Assembly (NCBI GenBank): GCA_030390025.1
Contig: CM059431.1
Location: 96,350,001 to 96,414,000 of the forward strand
Length of the DNA stretch: 64,000 nucleotides
Reading direction: 5' to 3'
Source of the DNA: Squalus acanthias
Taxonomy: Eukaryota
Positions 20,501 to 35,500 of this stretch are shown piece by piece. The notes below the pieces were generated by a model. It did not search any database. It was not told where the DNA came from and worked only from the letters and a program-made list of their open reading frames with translations. Within the stretch, counting starts at the first letter, position 1. Every line of letters starts with the position of its first letter. The position numbers and the translations under genes are program-made.

Positions 20501-23500
20501 ATCATTCCATTCCAATCCAATCCAATGAACAGTTTCCAATTCGTTACATTTCAATACAATTCAATGAACAGCTTCCAATTCCTTCCATTCCAATTCAATC
20601 CAATGAACAGTTTCCTATCTGTTCCATTCCAATTGAACCCAATATCAGTTTCTAATTCGTTCCATTCCAATTCAATCCAATATTCAGTATCCAATCCGTT
20701 CCAGTACACTACAATCCAAGTGTCAGATTCTAATCCGATCCATTGCAATTCAATCCATACTCAGTTTCCAATTTGTTCCATTCCACCTGAATCCAATACT
20801 CAGTTTCCAATTTTTTAATTCCAATGCAATACAATACTCAGTTTCCACTAAGTTCCAGTCCAACTCAATCCAATATTGAGTTTCCAAACCGTTCAGGTCC
20901 ACTACAATCCCAGTCTCAGTTTCTAATCTGATCCATTGCAATTCAATCCATACTCAGTTTCCAATTCGTTCCATTCTAATTCAATCCAAGACTCAGTTTC
21001 GAAAGAATTCCAGTCCACGTCAACCCAATATCAGTTTCTAATTCGTTCCATTCCAATTCAATCCAATATTCAGTATCAAATCCGTTCCAGTACACTACAA
21101 TCCAAGTGTCAGATTCTAATCCGATCCATTGCAATTCAATCCATACTCAGTTTCCAATTCGTTCCATTCTAATTCAATCCAAGACTCAGTTCCGAAATAG
21201 TTCCAGTCCACGTCAATCCAATACTCAGTTTCTAATTCGTTCCATTCCATTTCAATCCAAAAGTCAGATTCCAATTTCTTCCAGTCCAATTCAAGCCAAT
21301 ACTCAGTTTGAAGTTCGTTCCATTCCAATTCAATCCAATATTCAGTTTCTAATCTGTTCCAGTCCACTTCAATACAATACTCAGTTTTTAATCCGTTCCA
21401 TTCCAATTCAATCCAGTACTCAATTTCCAATTGGTTGCAATCCACTTCAAAACAATATTTATTTTCGAATTCTTCCAATTCCATTTCATTCCATTAGTCA
21501 GTTTCCACTTCGTCCCACTCCAATTCAATCGAATACTCAGTTTCCAATTTGCTGCATTCCAATTCAACCCAATACTCCGTTTCCAATTTGTTCCATTCCA
21601 ATTCAATCCAATGAACAGTTTCCAATTTGTTCCATTCCAATTCAATCCAATGAACAGTTTACAATCCATTCAATTCCAATTCAATCCAATTAAAAGTTCC
21701 CAATTCGTTCCATTCCAATTTAATCCAATGAACAGTTTCCAATTCGTTCCATTCAAATTCAAACCAATGAACTGTTTCCAATTCGCTCCATTCCTATTCA
21801 ATCCAATGAACAGTTTCCAATTCGTTGCATTCCAATTCAATTCTATGAACAGTTTCCAATTCGTTCCATTACAATTCAATCCAAAACTCAGTTTCCAATT
21901 TGTTCCATTCCAATTCAATCCAAAGAACAGTTTCCAATTCATTCCATTCCAATTTAAACCAATACTCAGTTTCCAAATCGTTCCATTCCAATCCAATCCA
22001 ATGAACAGGTTCCAATTCGTTCCATTTCAATACAATTCAATGAACAGTTTCCAATTCCTTCCATTCCAATTCAATCCAATGAACAGTTTCCTATCTGTTC
22101 CATTCCAATTGAACCCAATATCAGTTTCTAATTCGTTCCATTCCAATTCAATCCAATATTCAGTATCCAATCCGTTCCAGTACACTACAATCCAAGTGTC
22201 AGATTCTAATCCGATCCATTGCAATTCAATCCATACTCAGTTTCCAATTTGTTCCATTCCACCTGAATCCAATACTCAGTTTCCAATTCTTTAAATTCCA
22301 ATGCAATACAATACTCAGTTTCCACTAAGTTCCAGTCCAACTCAATCCACTATTGAGTTTCCAAACCGTTCAGGTCCACTACAATCCCAGTGTCAGTTTC
22401 TAATCTGATCCATTGCAATTCAATCCATACTCAGTTTCCAAGTCGTTCCATTCTAATTCAATCCAAGACTCAGTTTCGAAATAGTTCCAGTCCACATCAA
22501 TCCAATACTCAGTTTCTAATTCGTTCCATTCCATTTGAATCCAAAAGTCAGATCCAATTTGTTCCAGTCCAATTCAATCCAATACTCAGTTTGAAGTTCG
22601 TTCCATTCCAATTCAATCCAAAATTCAGTTTCTAATCCGTTCCAGTCCACTTCAATCCAATACTCAGTTTCTAATCCGTTCCATTCCAATTCAATCCAAT
22701 ACTCAATTTCCAATTCGTTGCAATCCACTTCAAACCAATACTTATTTTTGAATTCTTCCCATTCCATTGCCATCCAATAGTCAGTCTCCACTTCGTCCCA
22801 CTCCAATTCAATCGAATACTCAGTTTCCAATTCGTTCCATTCCAATTCAACCCAATACTCCGTGTCAAATTCGTTCCATTCCAATTCAATCCAATGAACA
22901 GTTGCCAATTCGTTCCATTAATATTGAATCCAATGAACAGTTTCCAATTCTTTCCATTCCAATTCAGTCCAATGAACAGTTTCCAATTCGTTCCATTCCA
23001 ATTCAATCCAATGAAAAGTTTCCAATTTTTTCCATTCCAATTCAATCCAATGAACAGTTTACAATCCGTTCAATTCCAATTCAATCCAATTAAAAGTTTC
23101 CAATTCTTTCCATTCCAATTCAAGCACATGAAAAGTTTCCAATTCGTTCCATTCCAATTTAATCCAATGAACAGTTTCCAATTTGTTCCATTCAAATTCA
23201 AACCAATGAACAGTTTCCAATTCGCTTCATTCCTATTCAATCCAATGAACAGTTTCCATTTTGTTGCATTCCACGTCAATTCTATGAACAGTTTCCAATT
23301 CGTTCCATTACAATTCAATCCAAAACTCAGTTTCCTATTCGTTCCATTCCAATTCAATCCAAAGAACGGATTCCAATTCATTCCATCCCAATTCAAACTA
23401 ATACTCAGTTTCCAAATCGTTCCAGTCCACTTCAATCCAATGAACAGTTTCCAATTTGTTCCATTACAAATCAATCCAGTGAACAGTTTCCAATTCGTTC

Positions 23501-26500
23501 CATTCCAATCCAATCCAATGAACAGTTTCCAATTTGTTCCATTCCAATCCAATCCAATGAACAGTTTCCAATTCCTTCCATTCCAATTCAATCCAGTGAA
23601 CAGTTTCCAATTCGTTCCATTCCAATCCAATCCAATGAACAGTTTCCAATTCGTTCCATTCCAATCCAATCCAATGAACAGTTTCCAATTCCTTCAATTC
23701 CAATTCAATCCAATGAACAGTTTCCAAATCGTTCCCTTACAAATCAATCCAATGAACAGTTTCCAATTCGTTCCATTCCAAATCAATCCAATGAACAGTT
23801 TCCAATTCGTTCCATTCCAATTCAATCCAATGAACATTTTCCAGTTTGTTCCATTCCAATTCAATCCAATGAACAGTTTCCAATTCCTTCCATTCCAATT
23901 CAATCCAATGAACAGTTTCCAAATCGTTCCATTCCAATTCAATCCAATGAACAGTTTCCATTTTAGTCCATTACAAATCAATCCAATGAACAGTTTTCAA
24001 TTCGTTCCATTCCAAATCAATCCAATGAACAGTTTCCAATTCGTTCCATTCCAATTCAATCCAATGAACATTTTCCATTTTGTTCCATTCCAATTCAATC
24101 CAATACTCAGATTCCAATTCGTTCCATTCCAATTCAATCCAAATATCTCAGTTTCCAATTCGTTCCATTCCAATTCCAACCAATACTCAGTTCACAATTC
24201 GTTCCATTCTAATTCAATCCAATACTCAGTTTCCAATTCGTTCCATTCCAATTCAATCCAAAACTCAGTTTCCAATTCATTCCATTCAAATTCAGTCCAA
24301 TGAAGAGTATCAAATTCGTTCCATTCCAATTCAATCAAATAAACAGTTTCCAATTCGTTCCATTCCAGTTCAATCCAAGGAACAATTTCCAATTCGTTCC
24401 ATTCCAATTCAATCCAATAAACAGCTTCCAATTCGTTCCATTCCAATTCAATCCAATGAACAAGTTCCAATTCATTCCATTCCATTTCAATCCAATGCTC
24501 AGTTTCCAATTCGCTCCATTCCAATTCAATCCAAGGCTCAGTTTCCAAATCGTTCCATTCCAATTCAATCCAATGAACAATTTCCAATTCGTTCCATTCC
24601 ATTGCAATCCAATGCTCAGTTTCCAATTCGCTCCGTTCCAATTCAATCCAAGGCTCAGTTTCCAAATCGTTCCATTCCAATTCAATCCAATGAACAATTT
24701 CCAATTCGTTTCTTTCTACCTGAATCCAATACACAGTTTCCAATTCTTTAAATTCCAATGCAATACAATACTCAGTTTCCACTAAGTTCCAGTCCAACAC
24801 AATCCAATATTGAGTTTCCAAACCGTTCAGGTCCACTACAATCCCAGTGTCAGTTTCTAATCTGATCCATTGCAATTCAATCCATACTCAGTTTCCAAGT
24901 CGTTCCATTCTAATTCAATCCAAGACTCAGTTTCGAAATAGTTCCAGTCCACATCAATCCAATACTCAGTTTCTAATTCGTTCCATTCCATTTGAATCCA
25001 AAAGTCAGATCCAATTTGTTCCAGTCCAATTCAATCCAATACTCAGTTTCTAATTCGTTCCATTCCATTTGAATCCAAAAGTCAGATCCAATTTGTTCCA
25101 GTCCAATTCAAGCCAATACTCAGTTTGAAGTTCGTTCCATTCCAATTCAATCCAAAATTCAGTTTCTAATCCGTTCCAGTCCACTTCAATCCAATACTCA
25201 GTTTCTAATCCGTTCCATTCCAATTCAATCCAATACTCAATTTCCAATTCGTTGCAATCCACTTCAAACCAATACTTATTTTTGAATTCTTCCCATTCCA
25301 TTTCCATCCAATAGTCAGTTTCCACTTCATCCCACTCCAATTCAATCGAATACTCAGTTTCCAATTCGTTCCATTCCAATTCAACCCAATACTCCGTTTC
25401 AAATTCGTTCCATTCCAATTCAATCCAATGAACAGTTTCCAATTCGCTTCATTCCTATTCAATCCAATGAACAGTTTCCATTTTGTTGCATTCCACGTCA
25501 ATTCTATGAACAGTTTCCAATTCGTTCCATTACAATTCAATCCAAAACTCAGTTTCCTATTCGTTCCATTCCAATTCAATCCAAAGAACGGATTCCAATT
25601 CATTCCATTCCAATTCAAACTAATACTCAGTTTCCAAATCGTTCCAGTCCACTTCAATCCAATGAACAGTTTCCAATTTGTTCCATTACAAATCAATCCA
25701 GTGAACAGTTTCCAATTCGTTCCATTCCAATCCAATCCAATGAACAGTTTCCAATTCGTTCCATTCCAATCCAATCCAATGAACAGTTTCCAATTCCTTC
25801 CATTCCAATTCAATCCAGTGAACAGTTTCCAATTCGTTCCATTCCAATCCAATCCAATGAACAGTTTCCAATTCGTTCCATTCCAATCCAATCCAATGAA
25901 CAGTTTCCAATTCCTTCAATTCCAATTCAATCCAATGAACAGTTTCCAATTCGTTCCATTCCAATTCAATCCAATGAACATTTTCCAGTTTGTTCCATTC
26001 CAATTCAATCCAATGAACAGTTTCCAATTCCTTCCATTCCAATTCAATCCAATGAACAGTTTCCAAATCGTTCCATTCCAATTCAATCCAATGAACAGTT
26101 TCCATTTTAGTCCATTACAAATCAATCCAATGAACAGTTTTCAATTCGTTCCATTCCAAATCAATACAATGAACATTTTCCATTTTGTTCCATTCCAATT
26201 CAATCCAATACTCAGATTCCAATTCGTTCCATTCCAATTCAATCCAAATATCTCAGTTTCCAATTCGTTCCATTCCAATTCCAACCAATACTCAGTTCAC
26301 AATTCGTTCCATTCTAATTCAATCCAATACTCAGTTTCCAATTCGTTCCATTCCAATTCAATCCAAAACTCAGTTTCCAATTCATTCCATTCAAATTCAG
26401 TCCAATGAAGAGTATCAAATTCGTTCCATTCCAATTCAATCAAATAAACAGTTTCCAATTCGTTCCATTCCAGTTCAATCCAAGGAACAATTTCCAATTC

Positions 26501-29500
26501 GTTCCATTCCAATTCAATCCAATAAACAGCTTCCAATTCGTTCCATTCCAATTCAATCCAATGAACAAGTTCCAATTCATTCCATTCCATTTCAATCCAA
26601 TGCTCAGTTTCCAATTCGCTCCATTCCAATTCAATCCAAGGCTCAGTTTCCAAATCGTTCCATTCCAATTCAATCCAATGAACAATTTCCAATTCGTTCC
26701 ATTCCATTGCAATCCAATGCTCAGTTTCCAATTCGCTCCGTTCCAATTCAATCCAAGGCTCAGTTTCCAAATCGTTCCATTCCAATTCAATCCAATGAAC
26801 AATTTCCAATTCGTTTCTTTCTACCTGAATCCAATACACAGTTTCCAATTCTTTAAATTCCAATGCAATACAATACTCAGTTTCCACTAAGTTCCAGTCC
26901 AACACAATCCAATATTGAGTTTCCAAACCGTTCAGGTCCACTACAATCCCAGTGTCAGTTTCTAATCTGTTCCATTGCAATTCAATCCATACTCAGTTTC
27001 CAAGTCGTTCCATTCTAATTCAATCCAAGACTCAGTTTCGAAATAGTTCCAGTCCACATCAATCCAATACTCAGTTTCTAATTCGTTCCATTCCATTTGA
27101 ATCCAAAAGTCAGATCCAATTTGTTCCAGTCCAATTCAATCCAATACTCAGTTTCTAATTCGTTCCATTCCATTTGAATCCAAAAGTCAGATCCAATTTG
27201 TTCCAGTCCAATTCAAGCCAATACTCAGTTTGAAGTTCGTTCCATTCCAATTCAATCCAAAATTCAGTTTCTAATCCGTTCCAGTCCACTTCAATCCAAT
27301 ACTCAGTTTCTAATCCGTTCCATTCCAATTCAATCCAATACTCAATTTCCAATTCGTTGCAATCCACTTCAAACCAATACTTATTTTTGAATTCTTCCCA
27401 TTCCATTTCCATCCAATAGTCAGTTTCCACTTCATCCCACTCCAATTCAATCGAATACTCAGTTTCCAATTTGTTCCATTCCAATTCAACCCAATACTCC
27501 GTTTCAAATTCGTTCCATTCCAATTCAATTCAATGAACAGTTGCCAATTCGTTCCATTAATATTCAATCCAATGAACAGTTTCCAATTTGTTCCATTCCA
27601 ATTCAGTCCAATGAACAGATTCCATTTCGTTCCATTCCAAATCAATCCAATGAACAGTTTCCAATTTGTTCCATTCCAATTGAATCCAATACTCAGATTC
27701 CAATTCGTTCCATTCCAATTCAATCCAAATATCTCAGTTTCCAATTCGTTCCATTCCAATTCCAACCAATACTCAGTTTACAATACGTTCCATTCTAATT
27801 CAATCCAATACTCAGTTTCCAATTCGTTCCATTCCAATTCAATCCAATATTCAGTTTCCAATTTGTTCCATTCAAATTCAGTCCTTGAAGAGGATCGAAT
27901 TCGTGCCATTCCAATTCAATCAAATAAACAGTTTCCAATTCGTTCCATTCCTGTTCAATCCAATGAACAATTTCCAATTCGTTCCATTCCAATTCAATCC
28001 AATGAACAGCTTCCAATTCATTCCATTTCAATTCAATCCAATGAACAAGTTCCAATTCATTCCATTCCATTTCAATCCAATGCTCACTTTCCAATTCGCT
28101 CTGTTCCAATTCAATCCAAGGCTCAGTTTCCAAATCGTTCCATTCCAAATCAATCCAATGAACAATTTCCAATTCGTTCCATTCCATTGCAATCCAATGC
28201 TCAGTTTCCAATTCGCTCCGTTCCAATTCAATCCAAGGCTCAGTTTCCAAATCGTTCCATTCCAATTCAATCCAATGAACAATTTCCAATTTGTTTCTTT
28301 CTACCTGAATCCAATACACAGTTTCCAATTCTTTAAATTCCAATGCAATACAATACTCAGTTTCCACTAAGTTCCAGTCCAACTCAATCCAATATTGAGT
28401 TTCCAAACCGTTCAGGTCCACTACAATCCCAGTGTCAGTTTCTAATCTGATCCATTGCAATTCAATCCATACTCAGTTTCCAATTCGTTCCATTCTAATT
28501 CAATCCAAGACTCAGTTTCAAAATAGTTCCAGTCCACGTCAATCCAATACTCAGTTTCTAATTCGTTCCATTCCATTTGAATCCAAAAGTCAGATCCAAT
28601 TTGTTCCAGTCCAATTCAATCCAATACTCAGTTTCTAATTCGTTCCATTCCATTTGAATCCAAAAGTCAGATCCAATTTGTTCCAGTCCAATTCAAGCCA
28701 ATACTCAGTTTGAAGTTCGTTCCATTCCAATTCAATCCAAAATTCAGTTTCTAATCCGTTCCAGTCCACTTCAATCCAATACTCAGTTTCTAATCCGTTC
28801 CATTCCAATTCAATCCAATACTCAATTTCCAATTCGTTGCAATCCACTTCAAACCAATACTTATTTTTGAATTCTTCCCGTTCCATTTCCATCCAATAGT
28901 CAGTTTCCACTTCATCCCACTCCAATTCAATCGAATACTCAGTTTCCAATTTGTTCCATTTCGTTCCATTCCAATCCAATCCAATGAACAGTTTCCAATT
29001 CTTTCCATTCCAATTCAAGCAAATGAAAAGTTTCCAATTCGTTCCATTCCAATTCAATCCAAAGAACAGTTTCCATTTCGTTCCATTACAAATCAATCCA
29101 ATGAACAGTTTCCAATTCGTTCAATTCCAATTCAATCCAATTAAAAGTTTAATCCAATGAACAGTTTCCAATTCGTTCCATTCAAATTCAAACCAATGAA
29201 CAGTTTCCAATTCGCTCCATTCCTATTCAATCCAATGAACAGTTTCCAATTTGTTGCATTCCAATTCAATTCTATGAACAGTTTCCAATTCGTTCCATTA
29301 CAATTCAATCCAAAACTCAATTTCCAATTCGTTCCATTCCAATTCAATCCAAAGAACAGTTTCCAATTCATTCCATTCCAATTTAAACCAATACTCAGTT
29401 TCCAAATCGTTCCATTCCAATCCAATCCAATGAACAGTTTCCAATTCGTTCCATTTCAATACAATTCAATGAACAGCTTCCAATTCCTTCCATTCCAATT

Positions 29501-32500
29501 CAATCCAATGAACAGTTTCCTATCTGTTCCATTCCAATTGAACCCAATATCAGTTTCTAATTCGTTCCATTCCAATTCAATCCAATATTCAGTATCAAAT
29601 CCGTTCCAGTACACTACAATCCAAGTGTCAGATTCTAATCCGATCCATTGCAATTCAATCCATACTCAGTTTCCAATTCGTTCCATTCTAATTCAATCCA
29701 AGACTCAGTTCCGAAATAGTTCCAGTCCACGTCAATCCAATACTCAGTTTCTAATTCGTTCCATTCCATTTCAATCCAAAAGTCAGATTCCAATTTCTTC
29801 CAGTCCAATTCAAGCCAATACTCAGTTTGAAGTTCGTTCCATTCCAATTCAATCCAAAATTCAGTTTCTAATCTGTTCCAGTCCACTTCAATCCAATACT
29901 CAGTTTTTAATCCATTCCATTCCAATTCAATCCAGTACTCAATTTCCAATTCGTTGCAATCCACTTCAAAGCAATATTTATTTTCGAATTCTTCCAATTC
30001 CATTTCAATCCAATAGTCAGTTTCCACTTCGTCCCACTCCAATTCAATCGAATACTCAGTTTCCAATTTGCTGCATTCCAATTCAATCCAATACTCCGTT
30101 TCCAATTTGTTCCATTCCAATTCAATCCAATGAACAGTTTCCAATTTGTTCCACTCCAATTCAATCCAATGAACAGTTTACAATCCATTCAATTCCAATT
30201 CAATCCAATTAAAAGTTTCCAATTCGTTCCATTCCAATTTAATCCAATGAACAGTTTCCAATTCGTTCCATTCAAATTCAAACCAATGAACAGTTTCCAA
30301 TTCGCTCCATTCCTATTCAATCCAATGAACAGTTTCCAATTCGTTGCATTCCAATTCAATTCTATGAACAGTTTCCAATTCGTTCCATTCCAATTTAAAC
30401 CAATACTCAGTTTCCAAATCGTTCCATTCCAATCCAATCCAATGAACAGGTTCCAATTCGTTCCATTTCAATACAATTCAATGAACAGCTTCCAATTCCT
30501 TCCATTCCAATTCAATCCAATGAACAGTTTCCTATCTGTTCCATTCCAATTGAACCCAATATCAGTTTCTAATTCGTTCCATTCCAATTCAATCCAATAT
30601 TCAGTATCCAATCCGTTCCAGTACACGACAATCCAAGTGTCAGATTCTAATCCGATCCATTGCAATTCAATCCATACTCAGTTTCCAATTTGTTCCATTC
30701 CACCTGAATCCAATACTCAGTTTCCAATTCTTTAAATTCCAATGCAATACAATACTCAGTTTCCACTAAGTTCCAGTCCAACTCAATCCACTATTGAGTT
30801 TCCAAACCGTTCAGGTCCACTACAATCCCAGTGTCAGTTTCTAATCTGATCCATTGCAATTCAATCCATACTCAGTTTCCAAGTCGTTCCATTCTAATTC
30901 AATCCAAGACTCAGTTTCGAAATAGTTCCAGTCCAATTCAATCCAATACTCAGATTCGAATTCGTTCCATTCCATTTGAATCCAAAAGTCAGATCCAATT
31001 TGTTCCAGTCCAATTCAAGCCAATACTCAGTTTGAAGTTCGTTCCATTCCAATTCAATCCAAAATTCAGTTTCTAATCTGTTCCAGTCCACTTCAATCCA
31101 ATACTCAGTTTCTAATCCGTTCCATTCCAATTCAATCCAATACTCAATTTCCAATTCGTTGCAATCCACTTCAAACCAATACTTATTTTTGAATTCTTCC
31201 CATTCCATTGCCATCCAATAGTCAGTTTCCACTTCGTCCCACTCCAATTCAATCGAATACTCAGTTTCCAATTCGTTCCATTCCAATTCAACCCAATACT
31301 CCGTGTCAAATTCGTTCCATTCCAATTCAATCCAATGAACAGTTGCCAATTCGTTCCATTAATATTGAATCCAATGAACAGTTTCCAATTCTTTCCATTC
31401 CAATTCAGTCCAATGAACAGTTTCCAATTCGTTCCATTCCAATTCAATCCAATGAAAAGTTTCCAATTTTTTCCATTCCAATTCAATCCAATGAACAGTT
31501 TACAATCCGTTCAATTCCAATTCAATCCAATTAAAAGTTTCCAATTTTTTCCATTCCAATTCAAGCACATGAAAAGTTGCCAATTCGTTCCATTCCAATT
31601 TAATCCAATGAACAGTTTCCAATTCGTTCCATTCAAATTCAAATCAATGAACAGTTTCCAATTCGTTGCAATCCACTTCAAACCAATACTTATTTTTGAA
31701 TTCTTCCCATTCCATTTCCATCCAATAGTCAGTTTCCACTTCATCCCACTCCAATTCAATCGAATACTCAGTTTCCAATTTGTTCCATTCCAATTCAACC
31801 CAATACTCTGTTTCAAATTCGTTCCATTCCAATTCAATTCAATGAACAGTTGCCAATTCGTTCCATTAATATTCAATCCAATGAACAGTTTCCAATTTGT
31901 TCCATTCCAATTCAGTCCAATGAACAGTTTCCAATTCGTTCCATTCCAATTCAATCCAATGAAAAGTTTCCAATTTTTTTCCATTCCAATTCAATCCAAT
32001 GAACAGTTTCCAATTCGTTCCATTCCAATTCAATCCAATTAAAAGTTTCCAATTCTTTCCATTCCAATTCAAGCAAATGAAAAGTTGCCAATTCGTTCCA
32101 TTCCAATTTAATCCAATGAACAGTTTCCAATTCGTTCCATTCAAATTCAAATCAATGAACAGTTTCCAATTCGCTCCATTCCTATTCAATCCAATGAACA
32201 GTTTCCATTTCGTTGCATTCGACTTCAATTCTATGAACAGTTTCCAATTCGTTCCATTACAATTCAATCCAAAACTCAGTTTCCAATTCGTTCCATTCCA
32301 ATTCAATCCAAAGAACGGATTCCAATTCATTCCATTCCAATTCAATCGAATACTCAGTTTCCAAATCGTTCCATTCCAATTCAATCCAATGAACAGTATC
32401 CATTTCGTTCCATTCCAATCCAATCCAATGAACAGTTTCCAATTCTTTCCATTCCAATTCAAGCAAATGAAAAGTTTCCAATTCGTTCCATTCCAATTCA

Positions 32501-35500
32501 ATCCAAAGAACAGTTTCCATTTCGTTCCATTACAAATCAATCCAATGAACAGTTTCCAATTCGTTCAATTCCAATTCAATCCAATTAAAAGTTTAATCCA
32601 ATGAACAGTTTCCAATTCGATCCATTCAAATTCAAACCAATGAACTGTTTCCAATTCGCTCCATTCCTATTCAATCCAATGAACAGTTTCCAATTCGTTG
32701 CATTCCAATTCAATTCTATGAACAGTTTCCAATTCGTTCCATTACAATTCAATCCAAAACTCAATTTCCAATTCGTTCCATTCCAATTCAATCCAAAGAA
32801 CAGTTTCCAATTCATTCCATTCCAATTTAAACCAATACTCAGTTTCCAAATCGTTCCATTCCAATCCAATCCAATGAACAGTTTCCAATTCGTTCCATTT
32901 CAATACAATTCAATGAACAGCTTCCAATTCCTTCCATTCCAATTCAATCCAATGAACAGTTTCCTATCTGTTCCATTCCAATTGAACCCAATATCAGTTT
33001 CTAATTCGTTCCATTCCAATTCAATCCAATATTCAGTATCCAATCCGTTCCAGTACACTACAATCCAAGTGTCAGATTCTAATCCGATCCATTGCAATTC
33101 AATCCATACTCAGTTTCCAATTTGTTCCATTCCACCTGAATCCAATACTCAGTTTCCAATTTTTTAAATTCCAATGCAATACAATACTCAGTTTCCACTA
33201 AGTGCCAGTCCAACTCAATCCAATATTGAGTTTCCAAACCGTTCAGGTCCACTACAATCCCAGTCTCAGTTTCAAATCTGATCCATTGCAATTCAATCCA
33301 TACTCAGTTTCCAATTCGTTCCATTACAAATCAATCCAATGAACAGTTTTCAATTCGTTCCATTCCAAATCGATCCAATGAACAGTTTCCAATTCGTTCC
33401 ATTCCAATTCAATCCAATGAACATTTTCCATTTTGTTCCATTCCAATTCAATGCAATACTCAGATTCCAATTCGTTCCATTCCAATTCAATCCAAATATC
33501 TCAGTTTCCAATTCGTTCCATTCCAATTCCAACCAATACTCAGTTCACAATTCGTTCCATTCTAATTCAATCCAATACTCAGTTTCCAATTCGTTCCATT
33601 CCAGTTCAATCCAAGGAACAATTTCCAATTCGCTCCATTCCAATTCAATCCAATAAACAGCTTCCAATTCGTTCCATTCCAATTCAATCCAATGAACAAG
33701 TTCCAATTCATTCCATTCCATTTCAATCCAATGCTCAGTTTCCAATTCGCTCCATTCCAATTCAATCCAAGGCTCAGTTTCCAAATCATTCCATTCCAAT
33801 TCAATCCAATGAACAATTTCCAATTCGTTCCATTCCATTGCAATCCAATGCTCAGTTTCCAATTCGCTCCGTTCCAATTCAATCCAAGGCTCAGTTTCCA
33901 AATCGTTTCATTCCAATTCAATCCAATGAACAATTTCCAATTCGTTTCTTTCTACCTGAATCCAATACACAGTTTCCAATTCTTTAAATTCCAATGCAAT
34001 ACAATACTCAGTTTCCACTAAGTTCCAGTCCAACTCAATCCAATATTGAGTTTCCAAACCGTTCAGGTCCACTACAATCCCAGTGTCAGTTTCTAATCTG
34101 ATCCATTGCAATTCAATCCATACTCAGTTTCCAATTCGTTCCATTCTAATTCAATCCAAGACTCAGTTTCAAAATAGTTCCAGTCCACGTCAATCCAATA
34201 CTCAGTTTCTAATTCGTTCCATTCCATTTGAATCCAAAAGTCAGATCCAATTTGTTCCAGTCCAATTCAATCCAATACTCAGTTTCTAATTCGTTCCATT
34301 CCATTTGAATCCAAAAGTCAGATCCAATTTGTTCCATTCTAATTCAAGCCAATACTCAGTTTGAAGTTCGTTCCATTCCAATTCAATCCAAAATTCAGTT
34401 TCTAATCCGTTCCAGTCCACTTCAATCCAATACTCAGTTTCTAATCCGTTCCATTCCAATTCAATCCAATACTCAATTTCCAATTCGTTGCAATCCACTT
34501 CAAACCAATACTTATTTTTGAATTCTTCCCATTCCATTTCCATCCAATAGTCAGTTTCCACTTCATCCCACTCCAATTCAATCGAATACTCAGTTTCCAA
34601 TTTGTTCCATTCCAATTCAACCCAATACTCTGTTTCAAATTCGTTCCATTCCAATTCAATTCAATGAACAGTTGCCAATTCGTTCCATTAATATTCAATC
34701 CAATGAACAGTTTCCAATTTGTTCCATTCCAATTCAGTCCAATGAACAGTTTCCAATTCGTTCCATTCCAATTAAATCCAATGAAAAGTTTCCAATTTTT
34801 TTCCATTCCAATTCAATCCAATGAACAGTTTCCAATTCGTTCCATTCCAATTCAATCCAATTAAAAGTTTCCAATTCTTTCCATTCCAATTCAAGCAAAT
34901 GAAAAGTTGCCAATTCGTTCCATTCCAATTTAATCCAATGAACAGTTTCCAATTCGTTCCATTCAAATTCAAATCAATGAACAGTTTCCAATTCGCTCCA
35001 TTCCTATTCAATCCAATGAACAGTTTCCATTTCGTTGCATTCCACTTCAATTCTATGAACAGTTTCCAATTCGTTCCATTACAATTCAATCCAAAACTCA
35101 GTTTCCAATTCGTTCCATTCCAATTCAATCCAAAGAACGGATTCCAATTCATTCCATTCCAATTCAAACTAATACTCAGTTTCCAAATCGTTCCAGTCCA
35201 ATTCAATCCAATGAACAGTTTCCAATTTGTTCCATTACAAATCAATCCAGTGAACAGTTTCCAATTCCTTCCATTCCAATTCAATCCAATGAACAGTTTC
35301 CAATTCGTTCCATTCCAATTCAATCCAAAGAACGGATTCCAATTCATTGCATTCCAATTCAAACTAATACTCAGTTTCCAAATCGTTCCATTCCAATTCA
35401 AGCAAATGAAAAGTTTCCAATTCGTTCCATTCCAATTCAATCCAAAGAACAGTTTCCATTTCGTTCCATTACAAATCAATCCAATGAACAGTTTCCAATT